Origin: Mobula hypostoma
Lineage: Eukaryota
NCBI RefSeq assembly: GCF_963921235.1
Contig: NC_086097.1
Location: 73,286,001-73,350,000 of the forward strand
Length of the DNA: 64,000 nt
Direction: 5' to 3'
Numbering within the stretch: position 1 is the stretch's first letter; the number at the start of each line of letters is the position of its first letter. The notes beneath the pieces are model-generated. The model did not search any database and was not told the origin of the DNA. It saw only the letters and a program-made list of their open reading frames with translations. The translations under genes were made by a program, and so were the position numbers. This document shows, piece after piece, positions 25,591-38,835 of this stretch.

Positions 25591-26339
25591 GAATGCTGCA
25601 GTTCCTAGAGTCTGAAATTTCAACAGAAAACAATGAAAGTTCTAAACATGTCAGATAACATCTGCAGAGAATGGAGCAGAACTCCCATTTCTGATCCATC
25701 TCCAATCATTCGAACTAGTAAAAACTGGAAATAAAACAAGTTAATAGTTGCAAAGTCTCAAGCCTTATTGTTTTTCATTTCCTTTTTGCAGTTATAATGA
25801 AAAGGTAAGAATTTGAAATGATGAACTGGTATGAGAGAGAGGGTGATATGGACAGCACAACTCAGGATGCCCATATAAAACAAGCAAGATCCCTACTGTC
25901 ACATTTCAAATTGACAGAAACATTGTAAGACTGATTTTGTATTGGGGTCTCTGAAAAGGAACAAAGCTTCTTTCTGCACCAGCAAAGCACTTTTAGTTGC
26001 CTCAGTGATAAACTAAGTTTGAGGAAGATGCCAAATTTGCCTCATTTTCGGAGTGGTGATGAAAGATGATGTCAAAGTGCAAGAAAAATGTTCTGATATT
26101 AAAGCAGCAGCATCTTCATTGTCAAAATGACTTAAAATTTAGCTTTATTTATCTCACAGCATTGAAGTTTGGTGACCAAGAAAGTTACAAGAGGTCCGGT
26201 GGCAATTCCAGGCTAAAATTGAATCAACAGAGGATTCTCGATATTAGTAGCAGGGCTTGAATACTTTCACCTCTTATAAAGTTAAATCAAGTGACTTAGG
26301 TGACAACAGGCTTTACTTCCAGATGAATTCAATACCCTC

Positions 26340-27950
26340 TATGCTCGCTATGACCGTCAAAACATTGGGGAACCATCACAAACTCCCAAAGACCCCTATG
26401 ATTCTGTGATTTCAGTCCCTGAGGCCAGTGTGTGAGCTGCCTTCACGAAAAGCATCCAGTCCAGACGGGGTACCTGGCCAAGTTCTAGAGAGCTGTACTG
26501 ATGAACTGACTGAGTTTTCACTGAGATCTTTAACCCCTCATTTCCACAGTCTGAGGTACCCAGCTGCATCAAGTAGGTTTCAATTATAGTAGTGCAGTAG
26601 AAGATTGTGGTAACCTGCATCAATGACTATCATCCAGCAGCGCGTAGATCCACAGTGACTAAGTGTTCTGAGGGGTTGGTGACGAAACATATCAACTCAT
26701 GGCTGAGAAACAATTTAGATCCACTCCAATTTGCCTACTAAATCAACAGGCCCACAACAAAGGCCGTCTTCCTGGCTCTTCACTCGATCCTGGAACACCT
26801 GGATGCTTGTTATCGACTACAGCTCAGCATTCAATACCATCACATCCCTCAAATCTAATCAATAAGCTTCATGACCTTGGCCTCAGTACCTCCTGTGCAA
26901 TTGGATCCTTAATTTCAGCCCCCAGTCAGTTCGGATAGGCAACAACATCACGTCTCCGCAGTACAGTTGCACCACAAAGCTCTGTGCTTAGCCATCTGCT
27001 GTACTTGCTTTGCACTTATGACTGTACGACAAAGCACAGCTCCAATGCCGTATTCAGGTTTGCTGATGACTTCATTGTCATAGGTGGTAACGAAACAGCA
27101 TTTGCATCCAATTAAATTAATGAAGGGTTTTGACCAGAACTATCAAATGTTTACTATTTTCCATGAATGCTGCATGGCCTGCTTAGTTCCTCCAGTAGCT
27201 TGTGTGTATTGCTTTGATTTCCAGCATCTGTAGGTTTTCTCTTGTTTGTGATTTGAATACTACACTGCAAAGTCTCATCCAGGGTTGCCTACCCTGAAAA
27301 AGAGTTTAAATCTTCCCTTTGATGGGAGTTTGTTGAAACCCTCTCTCACTGCTTCTCCCCCCCCCCCACCCCCGTGATCTCTGATGCCCTCTGACTTTTG
27401 AATCCCCACGAAGGGCTGAGAGATAATAAGTATTCATCCTGAATGGAACAGCAAGAAAACAGCATGTCCTGGGTGGTAGTTGCCCCTGATGATGGATGCT
27501 GCTTTTCTACAGCAACATTTCATGCAGATGTACTCTGTGGTGGGGAGGGCTTTACAAGTGATGGACCAGACAGTATCCACTACTGTTTGTAGGATTTTAC
27601 ATTCAAGGGCATGGTGCTTCCATACCAGGTTGTGATGCAGTCAGTCAATGTACTCACAACACAACTATAGAAATTTGTCAAAGTTTTATATGTCATGTCA
27701 AATCTTTTCGAAGCTCTAAGAAAGTAGAGGCATTGCCGTGCTTTCTTCGCAATTGCACTTGCATGCTGGGCCCAGGACAGACCCTCCAACATAATAACAC
27801 TGAGGAATTTAAATTTGCTGACCTGCCCCACCTCTGATCCTCCAATGAGGAATCGCTCAAAGACCTATGATTTCCTCCTCCTGAAGTCAATAATCAGCTC
27901 CTTGATCTTGCTGACATTGAGTAAGAGGTTGTTGTAATGATGCTTTGTAG
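26340..27950. mobile_element. Decayed Rex1/Babar fragments (+ ~26340-27090; - ~27400-27945) with a Penelope terminal fragment at ~27115-27250
   Basis: DYSSAFNTI-like DNA (gactacagctcagcattcaatacc), ttcaggtttgctgatgac, and KFKFLSV..AKKARQCLYFLR. Confidence 0.7.
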
Positions 27951-29059
27951 TACAAAGGATATTTAAGGATAACTTTAAAAACTTCCAGTCACGATGGCTC
28001 CAAGCTGCGGTCTCCATCAAGGTTGCAGCTCAAACTGGTCTGTCTTTTTTTAGGTTAATAGGGATGGTTTTGGGGACAGAGAAGTGGTTTAGCAGTCAGG
28101 TTACAGTTCAGGGAAATGGATGCGGGAATTAGAAGTCAGGCTGGAATCTAAGCCTCTGCTCTGCATTCAAAGTCCAGCAACTACGTGGATGAAAGACAGC
28201 TGTGGATAAATATCAGGCTGGGAAGCACAGTGGACAAAGACCAGTGAGGTTGATGGCTGGCTCCCGAGGCACGAACACTGGTCACCCTGAGGTATGAGAG
28301 TCAGCGAGCCTAGAGTTCAAAGCCTAGGTTTCGGGATCCCGTAATTGACAAGGTGGAGTTTGATGCTGGGAGTCGGGGTCCCTTCATTGGTGTGTCAGTA
28401 CTAAAGATCAAAGTCCAAAGGATAATTGGAAGTCCAGAAGTACAGGCTCAATGGCTGAAGCCGGGAGATTCTGACTTCCTCTGGGGACTTTTTTTTTGCC
28501 CATGTTGTTTTGTTGCTGTTCTGCTGAATGTTGTGGGTATGCTGTGTTGGTGTCAGAACGTGTGGTTTTCCTTGAGCGCTGCCTCAGCAAATTCTTAGGT
28601 TATTTTGGTTGTTAGCGCAAACGCTATGTTTCACTATCTGTTTCAATACACATGTGATAAATAAATTCAGCTGTCTTTGATCTGAATCTAACAGCCAGAA
28701 TATGTATTTAAAAATTTATTAATGTTTTCAGTTTGACATGTATATGTGAGTCCTTGACAGATAGTAACACTTGTATGCACTAAATATAAATATGTGGGAA
28801 ATTGCAGTGTTTCACATTGCAAGGAGCAAACTCACCTTAATAGGGAACAAGTTGACGTGTTATCTGCAGGTGGTAGAGTTAAATGACTGTGATAAGTGTA
28901 GGGAAGCAATTGAATGTGAAGCATGCCTTGTGATCCAATCTTCAAGAAAGATTAATATTTTGATGTGAGAGGGAGCTAATCTAGAACTTCAGCTATAATT
29001 TCTTGACTGAGGTATAATAGTTTGTTATCTTGGTTTGAAGGAATGGAGACAGGCTAACC

Positions 29060-29725
29060 CCTATTGACATCAATGGATCTGGGGTTGAGAGGGTAAACCG
29101 CTTCAAATTCCTCAGCATCCACATCACCAAAGACCTCACGTGGTCTGTACATACCAGCTGTGTTGCGAAAAAGGCACAACAGTACCTCTTTCATCTCAGA
29201 TGGTTGAGGAAGTTTGATATGGGCCCCCAAATCCTAAGAAGTTTCTGCAGGGCACAACTGAGAGCATCCTGACTGGCTGTATCACTGCCTGGTATGGGAA
29301 CTGTACTTCCCTCAGTCGCAGGACTTTGTAGAGAGTGGTGCGGACAGCCTAGCGTATCTGTAGTTGTGAACTTCCCATGATTCAGGACATTTACAAGGAC
29401 AGGTGTGAAAAAAGGGCCCAAAGGATCATTGGGGACCCAAGTCATTCCAACCACAATCTATTCCAGCTGCTACCATCTGGAAAACGATACCTCAGCATAA
29501 GAACCAGGAGCAACAGGCTCCAGAACAGCTTCTTCCACCAGGCCATCAGACTGATGAACTCATGCTGATTTGAGTGTACTCTATATTACATTGACTGTTC
29601 TATTTATTATAAAAATTATTATAAATTACTATGATTGCTCATGGCACATCTAGATGGAGATGTAATATAAAGATTTTTACTCCTCATGTATGTGAAGGAT
29701 GTAAGAAATAAAGTCAATTCAATTC
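29060..29725 (+). mobile_element. Rex1/Babar LINE 3' fragment
   Basis: FKFLSIHITKDLTWS and RAQRIIGDPSHSNHNLFQLLPSGKRY..SFFHQAIRLMN; tail aataaagtcaattcaattca. Confidence 0.8.
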
Positions 29726-31286
29726 ATGTGTGTCTGCTAGAAGACTCCTCATTGGAAGAACTTTGCTGTGGAATTCCTTTCTCTGCTACAGGTCCTTCAA
29801 ATTCATGAACGTAACAGATCATATTTTCATAAGTTCTTCCTCTTTCTTGATTTGCTCTGCCACCTAATTTGGGGAAGTAAGCAAGTCAACAATCACCAAG
29901 CTCTGCCATCATCAGCAACGCCTTCATAAAGAAAGCAGCAGCAAATTTTTTGGTTCAATCCCGTTCTTAAGAAATATACTTCTAGAACAGCCAGAGGTGA
30001 GGGAAAACAGGACAGAAACAAAGGTCATCAAGACAGTTTGAAGAAGAAGATAGTGTTGCAAGGAGATGATAGTTAATTATATCACAAGCTGATAGCAAGT
30101 AAAATCAATAAGATTACCTTGCAATGGTGGAGATAAGGAAGTCGGGCTATCCTGTGCTTGGATAAAGGAAATCTGCTTCTCAGCTATTTTCATGTATTTT
30201 AACCCCTGTTAATTAAGCACTTCTGTCTTTCCACATCTTTTTTTCACAACTATTGTGGAGCCTAGTGATGAAAGGAAATGTCCGTTTCCATTTGTACTTC
30301 CTATTACAAAAGGCATGTTTGCTACAATAAATAACCCTGCCCAAATGAGCCAATTGCTATAGGTGTGATAATTTTCCTTCTCTTCTGTCAAACATTAGAA
30401 GTTATATGAAAGCATGGTGCAAAGGCCTTGGGTATTCGGAAACATCTTCAACAGAAAATGAATCCCGAATGACAACTTATACTGTGTTAATCCTGGTCAT
30501 AGTGGTCAGGATGTAATTCTGTTTAATAAGCAAGGATAAACTCCAAAGGTAGTGCTTTTCAAAATCGCAGGGATGCATTTTAGTACTTAAGCAATTAATA
30601 TTTTTATACATCCTAAATGGCAAATGCTTTACAGCTGACCGTTATGAAATGGTTTGCAGATAGATTTAACTTGCGCACAAATTTTATGTTCCACAGACTC
30701 CAATTGAGTATCATCGTCTCTGTATTACAAATTTGCACTGTACTGCAGTGACTGTGCACTGTGCTGGAACAAATGAAATTGGAAAAAGTGCCAGCAGAAA
30801 ATAGATTGTTTTATTATATTCCCAGAGCTTCTGTTTTAGGATTTACAACACTGGAGATACTTTTCTGTGTTTTTTTTTACCCCGTAGCATCGTTATTTCT
30901 TACAGTTTGCAGAAGGGATTGCTACTTTAAAAGCCAAAAGCACATTGAGCAAATTGAGCTTGAAATTTACTGATTAATGAGATGTCTCATAGAATATCCA
31001 GCACCAAATAGATGACTTCAATAAATGACTAGTAATTTGGATTCACAATACCTTATAATGTCAGACTTCTGTTTTAAGGGAAAGTTTACATTGATTTGGT
31101 GCCATTATGTACTGAAAATTAGGACTTTAGAGCAATAGAACACTATATCACAGAAATAGCCCCTTTGGCTCATTTAGTCTGTGCTGAATAATTAATCTGC
31201 CTAGTCCATTCGACCTGCGCCTGGACTATAACCCTCCATACCCCTATCCAAATTTCTCTTAAATGTTGAAATTGACCTAGCATACA

Positions 31287-33740
31287 TTAGATTAGATTAG
31301 ATTCAACTTTATTGTCATTGTACCGAGTACAGATACAAAGCCAATGAAATACAGTTAGCATCTGACCAGAATTGCAAAGAATAGTGTTATTTATAAAATA
31401 ACTGTGAATAAAAAGTAAGTGCTACAGCACACAAATATAAAAGTACTGAGACAGTACAATATGGGTGCAATACTGCTTAGCGCTGTGATGTGAGGTTCAG
31501 CAGGGTCACAGCCTCAGGGAAAAAGCTCTTCCTGTGCCTGCTGGTGCGGGAGCGGAGCCTCCTGTAGCACCTACCGGATGGGAGGAGAGTAAAAAGTCCA
31601 TGGTTAGAGTGAGTTTAGATTAGATTAGATTAGATTATGAGGACACTCAGTCCTCGTTTATTGTCATTTAGAAATGCATGCATTAAAAAATGATACAACA
31701 TTCCTCCAGAATGATATCACAAGAAAACACAGGACAAACCAAGACTAAAACTGACAAAACCACGTAATTATAACATATAGTTACAACAGTGCAAAGCAAT
31801 ACCATAACTTGATAAAGAGCAGACCATGGGCACGGTTAAAAAAAAGTCTCAAAGTTCTGATAGACTCATCATCTCACGCAGGCGGCAGAAGGGAGAAACT
31901 CTCCCTGCCATGAACCTCCAAGCGCCACCAGCTTGCCAATGCAGCACCATTGGAAGCACCCGACCGCAACGGACTCTGAGACCATCCGAAAACTTCGAGC
32001 CTCTGACCAGCCCCTCCGACACAGCCTCTCCGAGCACCATCCTTTGCCAAGCGCTTTGATCCCACCCTGGCCGCCGAGCAACAAGCAAAGCCAAGGACTC
32101 GGGGCCTTCTCCTCCAGAGATTCTGAACCACACAGTAGCAGCAGCAGTGAAGCAGGCATCCCAGAAGTTTCACCAGATGTTCCTTCGTGCTCTCATGTCC
32201 ATCTCCACCAAATCAGGACTGTGCATGGCACCCTACTTGACAAATAACAGAGATGCATCCTCGATAATGCTTTTCACCCTGCCCAGGAGGCATTTATGGT
32301 AGATATTCTCAATGGTGGGCAATTGGGTGCCGATAATCCGCTGGGCAGTTTTCACCACATGCTGGAGTGCTTTGCGGTCCGATACAGGACAATTGCCATA
32401 CCACACTGAGATGCAGTTGCTGAGTATGCTCTCAGTGGTACAGCAGTAAAAGTCCGTCGTATCCTGGGATAGAGGTGAGCTTTGTTGATGCTCTGCAGGA
32501 AATAAAGGCACTATTGTGCCTTTTTGATCAGGATGGAGGAGTTCAGGAACCAGGTGAGATCTTTGAAAATGTGGCACCAAGGAATTTGAAGCTTGATACA
32601 CACTCCACTACAGCTCCGTTGATGTCGATGGGGATGTGAGTGTGTCTCCTAGCATGCCTGAAGTCCACAATGACCTCTTTGGTCTTCTGGGTGTTAAGGG
32701 CTGGGTTGTTGTCGGCACACCACGTGGCCAGGTGCTGGACCTCGTCCCTGTAGGTCATCTCGTCATCCCCTCTGATCAGGCCAACCGCCGTAATGTCGTC
32801 TGTGAACTTGATTATGGAATTAGAACCATGTACAGGAATGCAGTCATAGGCGAAAAGGGAGTACAGAAGAGGGCTCAGCATACAGCCTTGAGGTACGCCG
32901 GTGTTCAGGGTGAGAGTGGAGGAGGAGAGGTTGTCTAACTTAACTGATTGGGGTCTGTTAGTCAGAAAGTCCAAGGTCCAATTGCAGAGGGATGAGCTGA
33001 TACCAAGCTGGCGAAGTTTAGCGATCAGCTTGGAGGGGATCAGAGTATTGAATGCCGAACTAAAGTCAATGAACAGCATTCTGACATAAGAGTTGGGTCA
33101 GGGCAGAGTGAAGTGCTGTGGAGATGGCGTCCTCTGTTGACCTGTTGGTGCAATAGGCAAATTGATGGGGGTCCAGGGTAGTGGTCAGACAGGATTTCAG
33201 ATGTGATAGATCCAGTCTCTCAAAGAACTTTGCAATGATCGGGGTGAGTGCAACTGGACGGAAGTCATTCAGGCCCGTGGCAGTGGAATGCTTCGGCACT
33301 GACATGATGGTGGCGATCTTGAAGCTTGTGGGGACAACTGCCTGTGCCAGGGACAGATTAAAAATGTCCAGGAAGAACCCGGCCAACTGCCCTACACAGA
33401 CTCTGAGCACATGGCCAGGTATTCCATCTGGATCAGTACATTCACCCTGCTCAGGGTGGCGCAAACATCGGAGGTGGAAAGTGAGAGAGGCAGTTCACCA
33501 GTGGGAGATCCGCTTTGAAGGTGACCTCCTTGCTCTCTCGGTCAAAGCGAACGTAGAAGTAATTGAGCTCATCAGAGAGGGAAGCAGAGCTGGAAGGGGC
33601 CACAGTACTAGGTGGTTTGAAGTCTGTAATGACCTGTATGCTATGCCACATGCACCGGGGGTCCAAGGAGTTGAAATGCTCCTCGATTCTCTGTATATGT
33701 GTTTAGCCTGAGAGATTCCCCTGCCCAGGTTGCTTTCACT
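31287..33740 (-). mobile_element. Rex1/Babar LINE (RT region) with (TCTAA)n tail, inserted into a CR1 3' fragment (~31130-31286 and ~33745-34240)
   Basis: ORFs 33066-33464 and 32543-33079 contain [37 protein letters not shown] and IKFTDD. Confidence 0.88.
31615..32249 (-). mobile_element. Non-autonomous retroposon with (TCTAA)n tail nested in the Rex1 copy
   Basis: The host sequence tggttagagtgag|agatgcatcc is split by ~635 bp whose + strand begins (ttaga)n..tttattgtcatt. GC-rich body with no recognisable protein motif. Confidence 0.7.
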
Positions 33741-36162
33741 GACAGTTTGTTCCACACACTCACCACCCTCTGAATGAAGAGGCTCCCCATAAACATTTCA
33801 CCTTTCACCATTAACCCATGAAGTCTAGTTGTAGTCTCACACAGCCTAGATGGACAAAGCCTGCTTGCGCTTTCCCTATCTCTACTCCTTTTAATTTCTT
33901 TAGATCTAATTTGCCTTCAATCTTCTACATTCTGGGAAATAAAGTCCTAACCTATTCAACATTTCCCTGTAACTCAGGTCTTCAATTCCTGGCAAAATCC
34001 TTGTTAATTTTCTCTGCACTCTTTCAATCTTATTTACATCTTTCCAGAAGGTAGGTGAATGACCAATACTTCACACAATGCTCCAAATAAGGCCCCACCA
34101 GTGTCTTAAAAAAATTTCAACATAACCTGCCAACTCCTGTACTCAATGCAATGGTTTATGAAGGTCAATGAGCCAAAAGCTTTCTTCCCTAGCCACCTGT
34201 GATGCCACTTTCAAGGAATTATAGATCTGTATTCTCTGATCCCAGATGATCCTGGATGACACCAAATGATCAGATTTCCCAAAATGCGAATTAGAGATGA
34301 AATGTTAGGCATTCCTAATTGTAGTAAAACAGTGGTCAAGCATGTTGGGATCGTTTAAGGATGATATGTTAATAATAATTGGGCAGCAATTTTTTTTCAA
34401 ACAAGCCTGATTAAGTCCCTGAAAGGCTTTGGGTTAGGCTTTTTCTTGTATGGTAATTGCTGCATTCAATACCTTGAGAGTTTGCTTTCCATTGGCCTTT
34501 GGTGGTATGTGAATTGCTGTCAGGATCGTGAAGGAGAACACTCTTGGTAGGTAGAATGGTCGTTACTTAATTATTAAATGTACCATGTCAGGGGAATAAG
34601 AGTGTGAGAAGACCACTATCCCCGAGCACCCTGAAGAGTCTACCATGAACAGAGACTATCACCTTTTGCCTTTTTCAAATCTGAAATTTGGTCTATCCGG
34701 TGTATCACGAAGCCCTCTGATCTTACTGACACATCTGGCTTATCCACGGTGAGCTCAGTAATCCCTTCTTTCCCTCCAATACGGCAACCTTGCTCTTGGG
34801 TCCTCAGTCTTCTTCTCTAGTGACTGTACATTTGCTATCAAGATACTGGGTAGAGGAACATGCGGCTGTTTTGGTCTGATTTGGAGTCATCCCCTGCATT
34901 CCCGAGGGTTAAGTCCACCCAGTCCTTCAGAAGATCGAAAAATCACAACTTTGTTAAGATGGATCAAAAGTACTTTGCATAAAATGAAATTACAGGCTGC
35001 AGATTGCAGTGAGAGTATTTCAGAAGAATTATGTTTGGATGTTTTGTAAGTTGCCCGTAAAGCATCACCATATGCCACCAGTGCCATCTTAGGAACAGAA
35101 ACAGTAATATTGATGGGTGTAAGTCCATAACGTGGTACCAGCCCAACCTTGTCAGTTGCAAAAACACCAAGAATTAGAGCTGATAAAATTAGTTGATTTC
35201 TCTAGTGGCCGAATAACTGGATTGGCATTGGTAATACTAAGCAACAAGAAATATGCAAGAGTAACATGCAGCATGGTCATAAGAATTTCATTAGAATTCT
35301 TAAACCTGTAACGAATTACTATTGGAAGTATATCTTCCCTTAAGCAGTTGAGTATTTTGCAGGAACCTTGCAAAAAAAAAGGATTTGAAAATTAAGGATG
35401 AGTTTTCATCCTTAAAACTGCGCTGGATTGGAATTTTTTTTTTTTGAGGGGCAAATCAGGAATTGAACAACATAAGACTCTTTAAAAAAAGGAATTCCAG
35501 GAAGGGGCAAGGGAAGAAATTAAAAGATTGGTTCATGTCAAGTGTCTCCTGATCTACAAGTGTGCAGTTTAAAATAATTTGTATAAGGCAAGATTGGGAT
35601 ACTGTATGATATATAAAATTCAACAGATTGGAACTTAAAAGGTTCCAGACTAAGTTTGATCATTTCTGAATTTCTTCCCATCATACAAGATGAACAGCTA
35701 AAGGCTATACTTTGCTCTGGGATGAGAGCATTTCTGGAACGTTTGAGTGAGTTTTGAAGCAAGGAAGTACCATGGTGAAAGGGGTGGGATTCTCTTCTTA
35801 ACTGGTATTACCAAAGGATCCTTAGAGGAGAATAGATCATGGGGAGCAGATGGAATCAATATGGCAGAGATAGGGAATATGCAGATTTCAAAAAGAAAGG
35901 GAATAGCAGGATCAATTGGAATAGAAGCAGATATCTTAACTGAAAATTAACGGCATAAAATAGTTTTGAGTTAAAAGGAAAGAAGTAGGCAATGAGCTAG
36001 TGAGGGTCAAACACTACGATGAATATAAAGATGAAACTCAATGAAGTATTGAGGAACAGAAGGATCTTAGTGTCCAAGAACTTCTGAAAATGGCTGAGTA
36101 GGTATATAAGGTGTTGAAGAAGAGATATGGATGCTTGTGTTCATTATCTGGAGCATGGAATA

Positions 36163-36732
36163 TGTAACACGCTATAAGGTTTCACTGCTCATGTAATGGC
36201 TTCTCTGTAATGTTCCGCTGCTGAGGTAATGGTTTCTCTGTAGCAGCAAAGTTTGTGTTATGACTAGAGACAACAGGCCATGCTAGTCAATGCGCAAGAT
36301 GTTGTTCTTTCTTGTGTGCCTGGGAGCCGGGAATTCGCGGTCTTTTGCCGGAGAGAGATGAGGAGAGAAGACGCGAATGGAGAGAGTTTGTAGACCTCGG
36401 ACGGAGTGGACTTGGAGCGAGGGTCAGAGGATCAGCGACAATCAGAGGAGGTTGGTGGTGGACGAACAGACTTATCAGTGAGCTCCAACGTTGTGTATGA
36501 GACTGTTTCATGAGAATGAGAATTTCTTTTTTTGTTTTCTTTGCTAACCATATAGTCAAATTAGGAATTATAAGGCTCAATCGTTTAACTGCATATTGTG
36601 TATTGTTTGTTATTTTGTGGTACTGATTTGTAACAGGGGACACATTGCACAGCATCCACCCAAACGAGATTTCTTAAGTTTGGCCGAGCTTTCATCCCCT
36701 ATGTTAAGCTGCTAGCCGAAGTGAGAGTTATA
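36163..36732. mobile_element. Solo LTR (570 bp) inserted into an old CR1 fragment
   Basis: Termini TGTAAC...GTTATA. 4-bp TSD aata (36159-36162 / 36733-36736). The flanks rejoin as CR1 sequence ggaata|ttagatcaagga. Confidence 0.75.
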
Positions 36733-37121
36733 AATATTAGATCAAGGAGCTCATTGTTTAACTTTGTGATTAGGCTACAGCTGAAGTATTGTGTACAGTT
36801 ATGGTCAGCACCCAGTAGAAAGAAGGTGATTACGTTGGAGAAGTACACGGATGATGCACCATAGGTTTCCTGGGATGGAGTGTTTTCCCCTATGAGAAAG
36901 TTAGACTTATTTTCCTTGGAGAGGTGAAGGTTGAAAGTGGGGGGACCTGATTGAGGTATATAAAATTGAGAGGGTCTGTGCAAAATGGGAAAGTTTCCCC
37001 ATGGTGGGAGTCAAAAACTAAAGAGCCTAGGTTTAGGGAGAGGAGCGGAAGGGTGGGTGGGTTGGGGTGGTAAGTGGGAAGGGGAGATTTGCAGAAACAG
37101 CTTTAAAACTAGAAGGTGATT

Positions 37122-37463
37122 TAAAACAGCTTTAAAACCTTTCAGAGATGGATAGCTGACATGATCTCAGTCATACAGATGGAGAAACTTAGGTTCTTGA
37201 GAACCAATTCAATTAAAAAATTTTCGGCTATCTGGGATCCATTTCTTGCCTACCTGGATGAGGCCGGGGGCGGGTGAGCAATTTCCCCTCAGCTGATTTC
37301 TCACGGCCCTCATTTGAGAGTTAATGTTTAGTATTTTTGAGCACATTGTACAATAGGCATCCCTCTAATGCTTGTCTTATTTTGCTTATTTTTTTTATAT
37401 ACATGTCTGAGCTGGTATGTTTTTGTTGATTTCATTGTTATTTTGAAAATAAAGTATTGAAAA
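37122..37463 (+). mobile_element. 5'-truncated L1-clade insertion
   Basis: MEKLRFLRTNSIKKFSAIWDPFLAYLD resembles the L1 ORF2 C-terminus. T-rich UTR, aataaa and A-tail. TSD aaaactagaaggtgatt (37105-37121) / aaaaccagaaggtgatt (37464-37480) at a ttt|aaaa site. Confidence 0.8.
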
Positions 37464-38055
37464 AAAACCAGAAGGTGATTGAAATCTGGTATGGAATCCT
37501 AAGTGGTTGTAGAAGGTGAATGCTCTCAGAACATTTAAGAAGTTTGAAGGTAAGCATGTGAATTGCCAAGCAATGAAAGATGATGGACCATGCACTGACA
37601 ATAGGATTAGCATAGATAGGTAATTCATGGTCAATGTGGATATTGAGAGTTGAAGGTCCTGTTTCTGTTTTGCAAAACCTAAGTTTCTGTACACGGACTA
37701 CCCTCCAGGGGAGATGGTGCAAGCAGTTACAACAGCAACCTTTATATGATATGGCTATTCAGCAAAGGCAATATTGTTGAATGTCAAGGAAAGATGGTTA
37801 TTTTTCAGCATGTCTCACATAAACACTGCTGCTTTTCAGTTGAGGTTTACATTTTAATTACATCTTGCTGCACGGAGGTGGAGATTGCTTCATTACTTAA
37901 GTTATCAGGCGGACTCTTGGGTACAAGTTCATAGTTCCTTGAAACTGGCAACACCAGTAGATAAGGTGCTGAAGACATGTACATATTTGCCTTCATCAGT
38001 TGAGGTGCAAATGTAAATGCCGGGATGTCATGTTGCAGCTGTATAAAACTTTGGT

Positions 38056-38835
38056 TTCAATAGGTACATTTAATGTCAGAGAAATGTATACAATATACTT
38101 GTACATCCTGAATTTTTTTTTCCTCGCAAACATCCACAAAAACAGAGGAGTGCCCCAGCTCCCCCCTCCCACACATAAGCAACAGCAAAGCAACAACCCT
38201 CTTTCCCTCACCAGCAAAAAAGCATCGGCACCCCCCACCAAGCACTCAAGTGTGCAGCAATGCATCAGTAAAGACACAGACTTGCAGTACCCGAAAGGCT
38301 ACTCGTTCACCTGGTATTTGACGTACCACAGACTGTCCCTCTCCTCCTCGCCCTCTCTAAAAAGGGAAAAAGAGATGTCCCCGTTTCACAGCAAGAAGGG
38401 AGATATAACAAAGCAACTCGCTGATTTATGGTGTTAAAAGTCTGTTGCATCGCTTTTTCTGTGCTCTGTGCCCAAAGAACTTGGGTCTCTTGGCACACAG
38501 CCAGCAGCTAGCTTGCTGCTTACGATCTTCGGTCTCCCACGACGCATCAGGCGGTGGCACCGGCCTCGAGTCTGCCCGCCTCCAGAGCTGCGAAAATCCA
38601 GCACCCTGAGGGTGCGCTGGCCTTCCAGGCCACTTCCTTGACGTATCGGAAAGTGGCTGGTCTTGAGGCCCCGAGAGCAGACCCCATTTTCGCAAAGAGC
38701 CAAAGACAGTGTGTAATTCCAAGTCAGGGTCTTTAAAAGAACCTTGAAAAGTAAAAAAAAAGAGGTATCAGAGATAGAAATAGAGCTGTTTGTGAAGATA
38801 CAAGCAAAGGAGTCGCCATTACGCACCGTTGTCCT
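38056..38835 (-). mobile_element. Non-autonomous retroposon inserted into a CR1 fragment
   Basis: Splits CR1 aaaactttggtt|..ccgcatttggagtatt. The minus-strand 3' end ctgacattaaatgtacctattgaaa resembles LINE tails. No coding motif. Confidence 0.6.

Noticed and set aside
31287..31640. (TTAGA)n runs as telomeric or CRISPR-like repeats
   Set aside because: They are not TTAGGG and have no spacers. They are retroposon 3' tails.
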